64,000 nt of DNA from a bacterium (GTDB lineage: Bacteria > Zhuqueibacterota > Zhuqueibacteria > Residuimicrobiales > Krinioviventaceae), in the NCBI GenBank assembly GCA_963693055.1, contig OY843751.1, positions 1,792,001 to 1,856,000 of the forward strand. Direction: 5' to 3'. Below the pieces are notes generated by a model. It was not told where the DNA came from, made no database searches, and was given only the letters and a program-made list of their open reading frames with translations. The position numbers and the translations under genes are program-made. Numbering within the stretch: the first letter of the stretch is position 1; each line of letters opens with the position of its first letter. Of the stretch, positions 54,743-64,000 are shown piece after piece.

Positions 54743-55392
54743 AAAGTTTGAAAATAAATATATTTTTGATTTCATTGATTGGGTTGTTGTTTTTGTCATG
54801 TGGTGTGGTTGAAAAGTTGGCAAACCGGGTACCGGTAATTAAAGATATTCAGGCAAGCAGATATACAATACTTGTTGGTGATACGGTAACCGTTCGTGTA
54901 ATTGCAGAAGACCCTGATGATGATGAATTGATATACAGTTGGAGCGCCAACAGCGGTACTTTTGATAAACGAAATCTGGCTTCAGTTGTTTGGAAAGCAC
55001 CATTGATTGAAGATATTTATAATATTCAGGTTATTGTTAAAGACAGTAACGAAGGCGAGGCAACAGAAAATATGGATATTACCGTTATATCCAATTCTGA
55101 GCCGAGTGTTAATATCACCAATCCTGTTAATGGTGAGTTTCTGGTTGCAACACAGAATGTAGAAATTCGTTCAGAAGCAACACCTGTAGCATATATAGAT
55201 AGAGTAGAATTTTTTATAAATGATCAATTAACAGCAACAGATACAACGCCACCATACTTGTATGTGTGGCAGCCGCGTGATTACATTGGCACAGTAGAAA
55301 TTAAATCCGTGGCTTTTCGTTCTATACCCAGCAATATTAAAGCTGCCGATTCAATTTCAGTTTCAATTCAAGGAGTAGTGCCAATCCCTTGA
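54739..55392 (+). CDS. Lipoprotein with two Ig-like (PKD/Big-type) domains
   Basis: FLS-C lipobox, NRVPVI, AEDPDDDELIYSW, WKAP, VNITNPVNG, IDRVEFFIND, DTTPPY. Confidence 0.7.
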   Translation: MKSLKINIFLISLIGLLFLSCGVVEKLANRVPVIKDIQASRYTILVGDTVTVRVIAEDPDDDELIYSWSANSGTFDKRNLASVVWKAPLIEDIYNIQVIVKDSNEGEATENMDITVISNSEPSVNITNPVNGEFLVATQNVEIRSEATPVAYIDRVEFFINDQLTATDTTPPYLYVWQPRDYIGTVEIKSVAFRSIPSNIKAADSISVSIQGVVPIP

Positions 55393-56396
55393 TGGAAAAG
55401 TTAGAGATGGAAAACGCTGAGAATATTGAAGATAAAATAATTCAGGATGCGAAACGTGTCCTGGAAATAGAATATCAGGCAATAAAAGATATGCGAGACC
55501 GAATAGGTCTTGAATTTGCTCAAGCAGTAAATTTAATTCTGCAATGCAAAGGGCGTGTTATTGTTACTGGAATTGGAAAATCCGGTATCATTGGTAAAAA
55601 AATTGCAGCTACACTCACAAGTACCGGAACATCGGCAATTTTTTTGCACCCTGCCGAAGGCGTGCATGGCGATCTTGGAATGGTTTTAAAAAATGATGTG
55701 GTTATTTGTATTTCCAAGAGCGGCAACACGGGTGAAATTAGCAGGTTGATACCAGTTTTTAAGACGATTGGCGTTCACATTATTACCATGACTGGAAACT
55801 TGCGTTCGGCAATAGCAGAACATAGTGATGTGGTGTTGAATACAAGTGTTCAGGAAGAAGCGTGTCCTAATGATTTGGCACCTACAGCTAGCACAACCGC
55901 AACACTGGCTATGGGAGATGCATTGTCTGTTGCTTTGTTGAAAGAAAGAAACTTTGGTAAAGAAGATTTTGCTTTTTTACATCCCGGAGGTGCTTTGGGA
56001 AGGCAATTGATCAAAACCAAAGAAATAATGTTTGCCAATGATAAAGTACCCAAAGTGGCATTAGACGCATCGTTAAAACAAATTATTTTGGAAATAACAT
56101 CCAAGCGTTTTGGTTGTACGTGTGTTGTTAAAGCCGATGGTAAATTGATCGGCATTATTACTGATGGCGATCTTCGCCGTTTAATGCAGCGAGATGAAGA
56201 ATTACAGCATTTGACAGCTCGTGATATAATGAACAATAATCCCAAGTTTGTTGATGTTGAATGTCTGGCATCCAAAGCACGTCAGCTAATGGAAATGCAT
56301 AATATTATGCAGATGGTTGTAGTCGATAGTGAACTAAAAGTTGTAGGAATGATGCACTTGCACGATTTACTGGAAGCGGGAATTGAAATAGCGTGA
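55392..56396 (+). CDS. kdsD: Arabinose-5-phosphate isomerase (KdsD/KpsF family, SIS plus CBS domains)
   Basis: TGIGKSG, HPAEGVHGDLG, EACPNDLAPTAST, HPGGALG, ITDGDLRR. Confidence 0.96.
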   Translation: MEKLEMENAENIEDKIIQDAKRVLEIEYQAIKDMRDRIGLEFAQAVNLILQCKGRVIVTGIGKSGIIGKKIAATLTSTGTSAIFLHPAEGVHGDLGMVLKNDVVICISKSGNTGEISRLIPVFKTIGVHIITMTGNLRSAIAEHSDVVLNTSVQEEACPNDLAPTASTTATLAMGDALSVALLKERNFGKEDFAFLHPGGALGRQLIKTKEIMFANDKVPKVALDASLKQIILEITSKRFGCTCVVKADGKLIGIITDGDLRRLMQRDEELQHLTARDIMNNNPKFVDVECLASKARQLMEMHNIMQMVVVDSELKVVGMMHLHDLLEAGIEIA

Positions 56397-57301
56397 TAAG
56401 TAAAAAGACAAGAAAAAAAATAAAGAATGATTTAATATATTTTCTAGTTGTTTTTTTCGTCAAACTGTTGCGGAGTATATCGCGAATGCAGGCTATGCGT
56501 TTGATGCGTGGAGCTGCAAGTTTGGGATTCCGTTTTGCAAAGAAAGAACGTGAAAAAACAATTAGGCATCTTTCGTGGGCATTTGAAAATAAAGTACCAG
56601 ATGAAATTGAAAAAATGGCAAAATCCGTGTTTTTGCATTTTGCCATGGCAGCTGTAGATGCTATTCGGATGCCGCTGATTCTAAAAGAGGGAATCAATAA
56701 CTATGTTTCATGTGATCGTCAGGATATTCTTGACCGTCATTTAAATGAAAACCGTGGTGCCATAATTCTTACCGGTCATATTGGAAATTGGGAAATGCTT
56801 GGAGCGTGGATGGCAAACAATGGTTATCCGCTCAAAGTTGTTGGGACCTCTGCTTATGATCCACGTTTGGATGAAATGATTGTAGGTGGTAGAAATATGG
56901 CGGGGTATACGAATATTGCGCGAGGCAAAGGAACGCGAGAGATTATTCGGCATTTACGTGATAAAGGATTTTTAGGTATTCTAATAGATCAGGACACCAA
57001 GGTTGAAGGTGTATTTGTTAATTTTTTTAATCGTCCTGCTCATACTGCTGTAGGGCCTGTAGTTTTGTCACAAAAAACCGGTGTACCTATTGTACCTGCA
57101 TTTGTATATATGACACCGGATTATAAATATAAAATTGATGTTGCGGAACCTTTACAATTGGTAGAAATGGACGATAAAGATAAAGAGATGATAAGGAATA
57201 CGCAAATCTGTTCTGATGAGTATCAGAGAATTATTTCCAGGTATCCTACCCAGTGGGTATGGATGCATGAACGATGGAAAAAACAACCCAAGGATGTATG
57301 A
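56393..57301 (+). CDS. Lipid A late acyltransferase (LpxL/HtrB family)
   Basis: TGHIGNWE, ILIDQD, FVNFF, PTQWVWMHERWK. Confidence 0.92.
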   Translation: MISKKTRKKIKNDLIYFLVVFFVKLLRSISRMQAMRLMRGAASLGFRFAKKEREKTIRHLSWAFENKVPDEIEKMAKSVFLHFAMAAVDAIRMPLILKEGINNYVSCDRQDILDRHLNENRGAIILTGHIGNWEMLGAWMANNGYPLKVVGTSAYDPRLDEMIVGGRNMAGYTNIARGKGTREIIRHLRDKGFLGILIDQDTKVEGVFVNFFNRPAHTAVGPVVLSQKTGVPIVPAFVYMTPDYKYKIDVAEPLQLVEMDDKDKEMIRNTQICSDEYQRIISRYPTQWVWMHERWKKQPKDV

Positions 57302-57969
57302 AACATTATTATATAAAAATTGCACTGATTTTACTTTTTATTTTCTTTTGGGCATGTGAAAAAAAAGATCCGGTAAATGCTGTTGCAAAAGAACAGCAAT
57401 CTATTCCTGATCAGGAGATGTGGAACTTTGAAGTCAAGGTAACCAACCGTGGATTACTGGAAGCGCATTTGCGTTCAGGCCATATGGTATTCTATAGCGA
57501 TGAGAAAAATCCTCAATCTATTTTAAACCAGGGTGTTCTGGTAGATTTTTATGACAAAAATGGAAAAAGGGCATCTACTTTAACCGCAGACAGTGGTATG
57601 TTTAATGAAAAGACCCAGGATGTTAAAGCGTTTAGAAATGTAATTGTAGAATCAGATAGTGGTGTAACCTTGTTTACCGAAGCAATTGAATACGACCAAA
57701 AACGGGAAAAGATTTTTACAGATCTTGATGTGCTAATCACTACGGATAATGGTGATAGTCTGTGGGGACATGGATTTGAGTCTGATCCGCAGATGAATCA
57801 CTGGCAGATTACAAAATTGCGAGGTGTTGCACACAAGGGTGTTGATATGTCCCAGGATTTTTCCAAACCCAGAAAAAAAGAAAAAACTGATTCTGTTCAA
57901 GTGGATTCAGTTGGTTTGGAACCACAATTTATTTCACCTGATAGTAGTGTTTTAAATGATGAATCTTGA
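57298..57969 (+). CDS. lptC: LPS export periplasmic protein LptC (lipoprotein-like N-terminus)
   Basis: VDFYDKNG..STLTADSG, NVIV..DSG.TLFTE, G.GFESD; precedes lptA-like and lptB; ATG 57298 overlaps the upstream stop. Confidence 0.8.
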   Translation: MKHYYIKIALILLFIFFWACEKKDPVNAVAKEQQSIPDQEMWNFEVKVTNRGLLEAHLRSGHMVFYSDEKNPQSILNQGVLVDFYDKNGKRASTLTADSGMFNEKTQDVKAFRNVIVESDSGVTLFTEAIEYDQKREKIFTDLDVLITTDNGDSLWGHGFESDPQMNHWQITKLRGVAHKGVDMSQDFSKPRKKEKTDSVQVDSVGLEPQFISPDSSVLNDES

Positions 57970-59143
57970 TAAATTATTGTTATATTGCTTAATATTGCTT
58001 TTGTTCTTTGTTAATGCTTTTACAGCGGAAGAAACAAATGCCCGTCCTGTGTTAGAAAATGCAGACAGAGGGTACGGAGACTTTGTTAATAATCAACAGG
58101 TATGGAATTTTATTGATAATGTTCGTTTTCGTCAGGATAGTGTTATTATGCTTTGTGACAGAGCTATACGTTATATGGATGAAGAACGAACACTGTTAAT
58201 TGGAAATGTGCAAATATATGATAGTACAAAAACCTTGTATGGTGATCAGGTTGATTATTATGAGCCTCAAAGATTAGCTCTTGTAAAGGGTAATGTTAAA
58301 TTTGTAGACACCACAAAAACTTTTACTTCAGATTTTCTGAAATATTTTCAGGATTCAGAAATTTTAATTGCAGATTCTAATGTTGTAATCTCGGATAATG
58401 TTGAAAACAGTTCTCTCACGGGTGATCATGTGGAATATCATCGTGAAGATGGATATGCCAAGTTGCTGGGTGACCCTGTTTTTACCCGAGTAGATACAGT
58501 TGAAGATACCGAATTGCTGATAGCTGGTGTTTTTATGGAGATGTTTAATGATGGAGACAGTATTCTGGTTAAGGAGAATGTTTCTATTCATCAGGGTGAA
58601 ATTTCTGCATTCGGAGATTCACTCAAATATCTCAATGACGCACAAAAAGTTGTATTGGAATCTTTCCCTTATGCCTTTGAAAATGAGGATAAATTAACAG
58701 GTGAAGCTATTCATTTGTATCTTGTTGAAAACAAGGTAAGACGTATTCATGTTATTGGAAACGCAATTGTTACAACTAAGGTAGATACACCTGTTGTTAC
58801 AACAATTCCATATAATTTGTTGACTGGAGATGAAATTTGGGTTAAATTAAAAGAGCAAAAAATTGATTCGGTCAATATTCTTGGTAAAGCCACAAGCTAT
58901 TATCACATTATTGAAGATAATGCGGAAAAGGGAATAAATAAAATATTATGTGACGAATTGTTGATCTTGTTTGCTGACAATATGGTAAATAAAGTTTATG
59001 GATCCAGCACGCCGGGAATGTCAACAGGGCAGTTTTCACCACCCGGAAACAAGAAAAAGCTGGAACAGGAATTGCGTGAAATGCTGCAAAAGCTGGAAAT
59101 GATAGAAAATAAAGAATCGGAATCGGATGGAACCAATCAGTAA
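57956..59143 (+). CDS. OstA/LptA-like beta-jellyroll LPS transport protein, extended
   Basis: Signal peptide; repeated GNV/DNV..D..Y jellyroll units; lies between lptC and lptB. Confidence 0.75.
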   Translation: MMNLDKLLLYCLILLLFFVNAFTAEETNARPVLENADRGYGDFVNNQQVWNFIDNVRFRQDSVIMLCDRAIRYMDEERTLLIGNVQIYDSTKTLYGDQVDYYEPQRLALVKGNVKFVDTTKTFTSDFLKYFQDSEILIADSNVVISDNVENSSLTGDHVEYHREDGYAKLLGDPVFTRVDTVEDTELLIAGVFMEMFNDGDSILVKENVSIHQGEISAFGDSLKYLNDAQKVVLESFPYAFENEDKLTGEAIHLYLVENKVRRIHVIGNAIVTTKVDTPVVTTIPYNLLTGDEIWVKLKEQKIDSVNILGKATSYYHIIEDNAEKGINKILCDELLILFADNMVNKVYGSSTPGMSTGQFSPPGNKKKLEQELREMLQKLEMIENKESESDGTNQ

Positions 59144-59150
59144 TCATAGC

Positions 59151-59879
59151 ATGGCAATTTTAAGATCAAAGGATCTTGTGAAAAATTATGGAAAGCGCCG
59201 TGTAGTTAACAAAGTCAGTATAGAAATCAAAGAAGGTGAAATTGTAGGATTGTTGGGTCCAAACGGGGCAGGCAAAACCACTACCTTTTATATGCTGGTG
59301 GGTATGATACGTCCGAACAGTGGTAATATATTTCTATCTGATAATGATATTACCAAACTACCCATGTATAAAAGGGCCAGGCGCGGTGTTTCTTATTTAC
59401 CACAAGAAGCATCAGTCTTCAGACGTTTGACTGTAGAACAAAATATAATGGCAATACTTCAATCGCTGCGCTTATCCCGGGCTGAACAGGTTCAGAGAGC
59501 ACAGTCTTTGATGAACGAATTACGAATATCTCACCTCAGGAACAACCTGGCATACACACTGTCAGGAGGTGAACGTAGAAGAGTAGAAATCAGCAGGGCG
59601 CTGGCAACGAATCCACGATTTATTTTGTTGGACGAGCCATTTGCAGGAGTGGATCCCATTGCTGTAGAAGATATACAGCAAATTGTTGCACAATTGAAAA
59701 GTAAAGGAATAGGTGTTTTGATTACTGATCACAATGTGCACGAGACACTGTCTATTACGGATCGCGCTTATCTCTTGTTTGAGGGCAATGTTCTAAAATC
59801 CGGTACGGCTGAATTTTTAGCCAACGATGAAGAAGCCCGAAAATTCTATCTTGGAGATAGTTTTAAATTAGATCGATAA
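59151..59879 (+). CDS. lptB: LPS export ABC transporter ATP-binding protein LptB
   Basis: [46 protein letters not shown]; start 59151 or 59127. Confidence 0.97.
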   Translation: MAILRSKDLVKNYGKRRVVNKVSIEIKEGEIVGLLGPNGAGKTTTFYMLVGMIRPNSGNIFLSDNDITKLPMYKRARRGVSYLPQEASVFRRLTVEQNIMAILQSLRLSRAEQVQRAQSLMNELRISHLRNNLAYTLSGGERRRVEISRALATNPRFILLDEPFAGVDPIAVEDIQQIVAQLKSKGIGVLITDHNVHETLSITDRAYLLFEGNVLKSGTAEFLANDEEARKFYLGDSFKLDR

Positions 59880-59952
59880 TTACTAAATAAATTGTTATTT
59901 TATAATGTTTATAAAAAGACATATCAAAAGAATGAGGAATTTATATTAAGGA

Positions 59953-61389
59953 ATGGTACGGTTAGGTCAACATCTTAGTTTGCAAATGAAGCAATCACCG
60001 CAACAGGTTCTGTTGTCATCCTTGCTTCAATTGCCAATCATCAGTCTTGAACAACGAATCACTACAGAGCTAGAGTTGAATCCTCTCTTGGAAATTGATG
60101 CAGAACAAGAGATGGAACAAGAACTGGATGAAATAGATCATGATACGGATAATGACAATGATGAAGAAGATGATGAACCTTTAAAAGAGGTCGAGGTGGA
60201 AAATGATAAAGATACTGAAGAAATTGATTGGGATGAGATCCTGAACGATGAAGACAGTTATGAAGTGCATTTTCCCAAAGAAAAGGATTCTGAAGAATTT
60301 GAGAGACCTGAGGTTTATCGTGAAACACTGACAGATCACTTGATTAGTCAGTTGAATATGTCAACTTTGGAACCAGCAGAGATTACTATTGGTGAATACA
60401 TTATATGGAATATCAATAATGTAGGGTATCTGACAATAGATGTTGAAACCATTGCAGAAAATTTAGAAGAGGATATTGATACAATTGATATCATTCTAAG
60501 TACTATTCAATCATTTGATCCACCGGGGATTGGTGCAAGAAATTTACAGGAATGTTTATTAATTCAATTATACCAACAAAGACCCCAACACGAGCTTGCT
60601 ATAATGGCAGTACGTGATAATTTTGATGATTTTAAAAACAAGCGCTATGAAAAATTAGCAAAAATGTTAGAGATTGATCTTGAAGAAGTCAAAGATATTA
60701 TAGATCATATTATTAAATTGAATCCCAAACCAGGCGAAGGTTACCTGACTTTTGAAAACCATTATATCGTTCCGGATTTGGAAGTAAAAAAAGAAGATGA
60801 TGAATTTAAAATATCAATGCATGACTGGAACATTCCCCATCTTCGTATTAATAATGAATATCGTAAAATGATGCTTGACCGTAAAAAGTCAAACAAGGAA
60901 ACACGCGATTTTATTAGACAGCGTTTAGAGTCTGCCCGCTGGTTGATTAATTCTATACACCAGCGACGTATGACTATAATACGTACTGTTGAAGCCATTA
61001 TTGAAAAACAGCATGATTTTTTTGAGTTTGGCCCCGAGTACTTGAAACCCATGATATTAAAGGATATTGCAGAAGAAATCAGTATGGATATTTCTACAAT
61101 CAGCCGTGTTACAAATGGAAAATATCTGCAAACAGAGTGGGGCGTATTTGAATTAAAATCCTTTTTCAGTGAAAAATATACCACTGATGATGGAGAAGAT
61201 GTTTCAAATAAAAAGATCAAAGCCTTTATTAAAAATATTGTGGAAAAAGAACCACCCAACAAGCCTTATAATGATCAAAAGATTTCAGAAATGCTTAAAA
61301 AAGAAGGCTTTCCGGTTGCCAGAAGAACTGTTGCTAAATACAGAGAACAGATGTCCATTCCTGTTTCTCGGTTACGCCGTAAAATTTAA
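59953..61389 (+). CDS. rpoN: RNA polymerase sigma-54 factor
   Basis: Gln/Leu-rich region I, STISRV HTH, RpoN box ARRTVAKYRE. Confidence 0.98.
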   Translation: MVRLGQHLSLQMKQSPQQVLLSSLLQLPIISLEQRITTELELNPLLEIDAEQEMEQELDEIDHDTDNDNDEEDDEPLKEVEVENDKDTEEIDWDEILNDEDSYEVHFPKEKDSEEFERPEVYRETLTDHLISQLNMSTLEPAEITIGEYIIWNINNVGYLTIDVETIAENLEEDIDTIDIILSTIQSFDPPGIGARNLQECLLIQLYQQRPQHELAIMAVRDNFDDFKNKRYEKLAKMLEIDLEEVKDIIDHIIKLNPKPGEGYLTFENHYIVPDLEVKKEDDEFKISMHDWNIPHLRINNEYRKMMLDRKKSNKETRDFIRQRLESARWLINSIHQRRMTIIRTVEAIIEKQHDFFEFGPEYLKPMILKDIAEEISMDISTISRVTNGKYLQTEWGVFELKSFFSEKYTTDDGEDVSNKKIKAFIKNIVEKEPPNKPYNDQKISEMLKKEGFPVARRTVAKYREQMSIPVSRLRRKI

Positions 61390-61401
61390 TTCAAGGAACC
61401 T

Positions 61402-61947
61402 ATGCATAATCCACAACAAATTTACGCAACAACAGTCATCGGGCTGATCCACAAAAATAAAGCCGTATTGGCGGGAGATGGACAGGTTACCTACGGTGAT
61501 CTGGTTTTAAAAGCCAATGCTCGCAAAGTGCGAAGACTGTACAATGATCAGATTTTGGCGGGTTTTGCCGGAGCCGCAGCAGATGCCTTTACCCTTTTCG
61601 AACGCTTTGAAGCGCGTCTTGAAGAGTATAATGGAAATCTTGGTCGTTCCGCTGTAGAACTTGCCAAAGATTGGCGTGCTGACAGATATTTACGTCGTCT
61701 CGATGCTCAGCTGGCTGTACTTGATAAAGAACGTATATTTTTAATCTCTGGTACTGGTGACGTGATTGAACCGGATGATAATATAATAGCAATTGGTTCT
61801 GGTGGACCTTTTGCTCTTGTTGCCGCAAGAGCTCTGCTTTCGCATTCCAAGCTTGATGCGGTACAAATTGCCAAAGAATCTATGGAACTTACCGCACAGG
61901 TTTGCATTTATACAAATAACAATCTCACCATCGAAGTGCTGGATTAA
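61402..61947 (+). CDS. hslV: ATP-dependent protease peptidase subunit HslV
   Basis: ATTV propeptide junction, AGDGQVT, AGFAG, AIGSGG, CIYTN. Confidence 0.97.
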   Translation: MHNPQQIYATTVIGLIHKNKAVLAGDGQVTYGDLVLKANARKVRRLYNDQILAGFAGAAADAFTLFERFEARLEEYNGNLGRSAVELAKDWRADRYLRRLDAQLAVLDKERIFLISGTGDVIEPDDNIIAIGSGGPFALVAARALLSHSKLDAVQIAKESMELTAQVCIYTNNNLTIEVLD

Positions 61948-61992
61948 TTATACGTTTCCATAACATTATTTGTATTCTTACGGGAAACTACA

Positions 61993-63336
61993 TTGCATAT
62001 GACTCCTAATGAAATTGTTAAAAAGCTTGATAAATATATTATTGGTCAGGATGATGCTAAAAAATCTGTCGCAATAGCGTTGAGAAATCGTTGGCGCAGA
62101 CAACAGGTACCTGAGGAATTGCGTGAAGAGATCATGCCCAATAATATTATCCTTATTGGACCTACAGGAGTAGGGAAAACCGAATTAGCCCGTCGTTTGG
62201 CCAAATTAGACAATGCTCCCTTTATCAAGGTAGAAGCCTCAAAATTTACCGAAGTGGGATATGTTGGCCGGGATGTTGAGTCTATCATTCGGGATCTGGT
62301 AGACCTTGCCGTCAGTATGGTAAAAAGTGAATATACTGAAAAAGTGCAAGACAAAGCCTATGAAATGGCTCTTGATAGAATGGTAGAAATTCTCTTACCC
62401 GCACCAGATGCTCTTGATTTAAATATTGATCTGGCAGATATTGATCCTGTTAAAGAAGATCTGGAAATGCAGGACAAGCTTTATAATCAGCTAATTAATG
62501 GTGAACTTGATGACAAGATTGTAGAGCTTGAAACACAAAGTGATACTTCACCCTTGATGCAGATTATTTCTCCCATTGGTATTGAAGAAATGGGATTAAA
62601 TATTCAAGACTTGTTGGGTCCTATGATGCCGCAAAAGACCCAAAAGCGTAAAGTTAAGGTTTATGAAGCTCTGGTGCATTTGCAGCAGGAAGAGGCAAGT
62701 AAACTGATTGATATGGAAGAAGTTATCCGGGATGCTATTTTCAGGGTGGAAGAAACAGGTATAGTATTCCTGGATGAAATTGATAAAATCGCCGAAGATG
62801 AAGAAGGTGGTCCTGATGTTTCACGAGAAGGTGTACAAAGAGATTTGCTTCCGGTTATTGAAGGCACAAATGTTATTACAAAATATGGTATGGTAAAATC
62901 GGATCATATTTTGTTTATCGCTTCTGGTGCGTTTCATGTTTCAAAACCTTCCGATCTGATACCCGAATTGCAGGGACGTTTTCCCATACGTGTTGAACTC
63001 AATAGTTTGACTGCTGAAGACTTTGAACGAATATTGACAGAGCCCAATAATGCTTTGATTAAACAATATACAGCATTGATTGCAACTGAAAATGTTAAAA
63101 TAAAATTTACCCGAGGTGCCATTAAGGAAATTGCCAGAATAGCTTATGAAGTCAATATGGATGCTGAGAATATTGGTGCACGCCGCTTACATACAATAAT
63201 GAGCTTGCTGTTGGAAGATTGCTTGTTTGACTTGCCCAACACTGAAATTGAACTCATTAATGTTGACAAGAAAATGGTACAGGGAAAACTTGAAAAAGTT
63301 ATTTTAAATGAAGATTTAAGCCAATACATTTTGTAA
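61993..63336 (+). CDS. hslU: ATP-dependent protease ATPase subunit HslU
   Basis: [47 protein letters not shown]; start TTG 61993 or ATG 61999. Confidence 0.98.
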   Translation: MHMTPNEIVKKLDKYIIGQDDAKKSVAIALRNRWRRQQVPEELREEIMPNNIILIGPTGVGKTELARRLAKLDNAPFIKVEASKFTEVGYVGRDVESIIRDLVDLAVSMVKSEYTEKVQDKAYEMALDRMVEILLPAPDALDLNIDLADIDPVKEDLEMQDKLYNQLINGELDDKIVELETQSDTSPLMQIISPIGIEEMGLNIQDLLGPMMPQKTQKRKVKVYEALVHLQQEEASKLIDMEEVIRDAIFRVEETGIVFLDEIDKIAEDEEGGPDVSREGVQRDLLPVIEGTNVITKYGMVKSDHILFIASGAFHVSKPSDLIPELQGRFPIRVELNSLTAEDFERILTEPNNALIKQYTALIATENVKIKFTRGAIKEIARIAYEVNMDAENIGARRLHTIMSLLLEDCLFDLPNTEIELINVDKKMVQGKLEKVILNEDLSQYIL

Positions 63337-63346
63337 GGGAACTGCC

Positions 63347-64000
63347 ATGAAAAAAGATTTTTTACTAATTACAGATCTTGTTACTGATGAGATTTATGAA
63401 CTGTTTGATCTTGCAAAAGAACTTAAAGCAAAGACCAAAGCGCGTCAGGAACATCACATTTTAAAGGGACAAACATTGGCAATGTTGTTCCAAAAACCTT
63501 CAACCCGTACCCGTGTTTCCTTTGAAGTGGGCATGTACCAGCTTGGCGGTCATGCATTGTATCTTAGTCCCGCTGAAGTTGGTTTGGGCAAGCGTGAATC
63601 TGTTGCAGATGTTGCACGTGTTTTGTCACGTTTTAACGATGGCATAATGGCGCGTGTATTTGGTCATGAAATTGTGGATGAGTTGGCTGAATATGCCAGT
63701 GTACCTGTAATTAATGGATTGTCTGACCTGGCACATCCCTGTCAAATATTGGGTGATATGTTGACCGTTATTGAACACAAGGGTAAAACAGAAAATTTGA
63801 AAATCGCTTATATAGGCGATGGCAATAATGTTACCAATTCATGGATTAATTTGGCTTCCAGAATTCCTATGCAATTGTATGTAGGTTGTCCCGAAGGTTA
63901 TGAACCTAATGCGGATTTAATAAAAGCAGCCGAAGCTGAGGGACTTAGTGAAATTGTGGTTACCAATGATCCGGTTAAAGCGGTTGAAAAAGCAGATGTA
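63347..64000 (+). CDS. argF: Ornithine carbamoyltransferase (3' truncated by window)
   Basis: Hand translation MKKDFLLITDL...FQKPSTRTRVSFEVG...INGLSDLAHPCQ...GDGNNV. Confidence 0.95.
   Translation, partial: MKKDFLLITDLVTDEIYELFDLAKELKAKTKARQEHHILKGQTLAMLFQKPSTRTRVSFEVGMYQLGGHALYLSPAEVGLGKRESVADVARVLSRFNDGIMARVFGHEIVDELAEYASVPVINGLSDLAHPCQILGDMLTVIEHKGKTENLKIAYIGDGNNVTNSWINLASRIPMQLYVGCPEGYEPNADLIKAAEAEGLSEIVVTNDPVKAVEKADV

Noticed and set aside
53112-55392. Three-gene insert as a mobile element
   Set aside because: No transposase or integrase, terminal repeats or target-site duplication are visible, and the genes are tightly coupled to the flanking kds genes.

Overview
A gene-dense, AT-rich bacterial core-chromosome window in which every credible gene lies on the + strand. 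Positions 1-30.5 kb hold the complete ribosomal superoperon: nusG 3' end, rplKAJL, rpoBC, str, S10, spc (with secY-adk-map-infA) and alpha. Next come a lipoprotein / FadL-like barrel / TPR-lipoprotein trio resembling the Bacteroidota BamH-BamG locus, rpiB-glyA-nrdR, an rnfCDGEA operon with no rnfB, tatC with a long acidic N-terminal extension, PHP and MBL hydrolases, a 2-oxoacid:ferredoxin oxidoreductase with a beta-gamma fusion, an RNase E/G gene, rplU-rpmA and gatC. The end holds a Kdo/LPS-export cluster (kdsB-pyrG-kdsA, a three-gene CsgG-like/Omp28-like/Ig-like insert, kdsD-lpxL-lptC-lptA-lptB), then rpoN, hslVU and the start of argF. RNA-polymerase insertions and the envelope genes suggest an FCB-related diderm such as KSB1 or Calditrichota (inference only). 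I saw no rRNA, tRNA, CRISPR array or mobile element. The best leads are: the adjacent bamH/bamG-like pair plus TPR gene; a candidate sRNA with a CCUCCCUC anti-SD loop (about 43349-43459); a structured rpsG-fusA spacer ahead of a diverged EF-G with low-expression codon usage; a large structured RNase E/G leader; and the three-gene envelope module inside the kds operon. All protein calls come from recognising motifs by eye and all RNA structures were paired by hand; no searches or folding programs were run.
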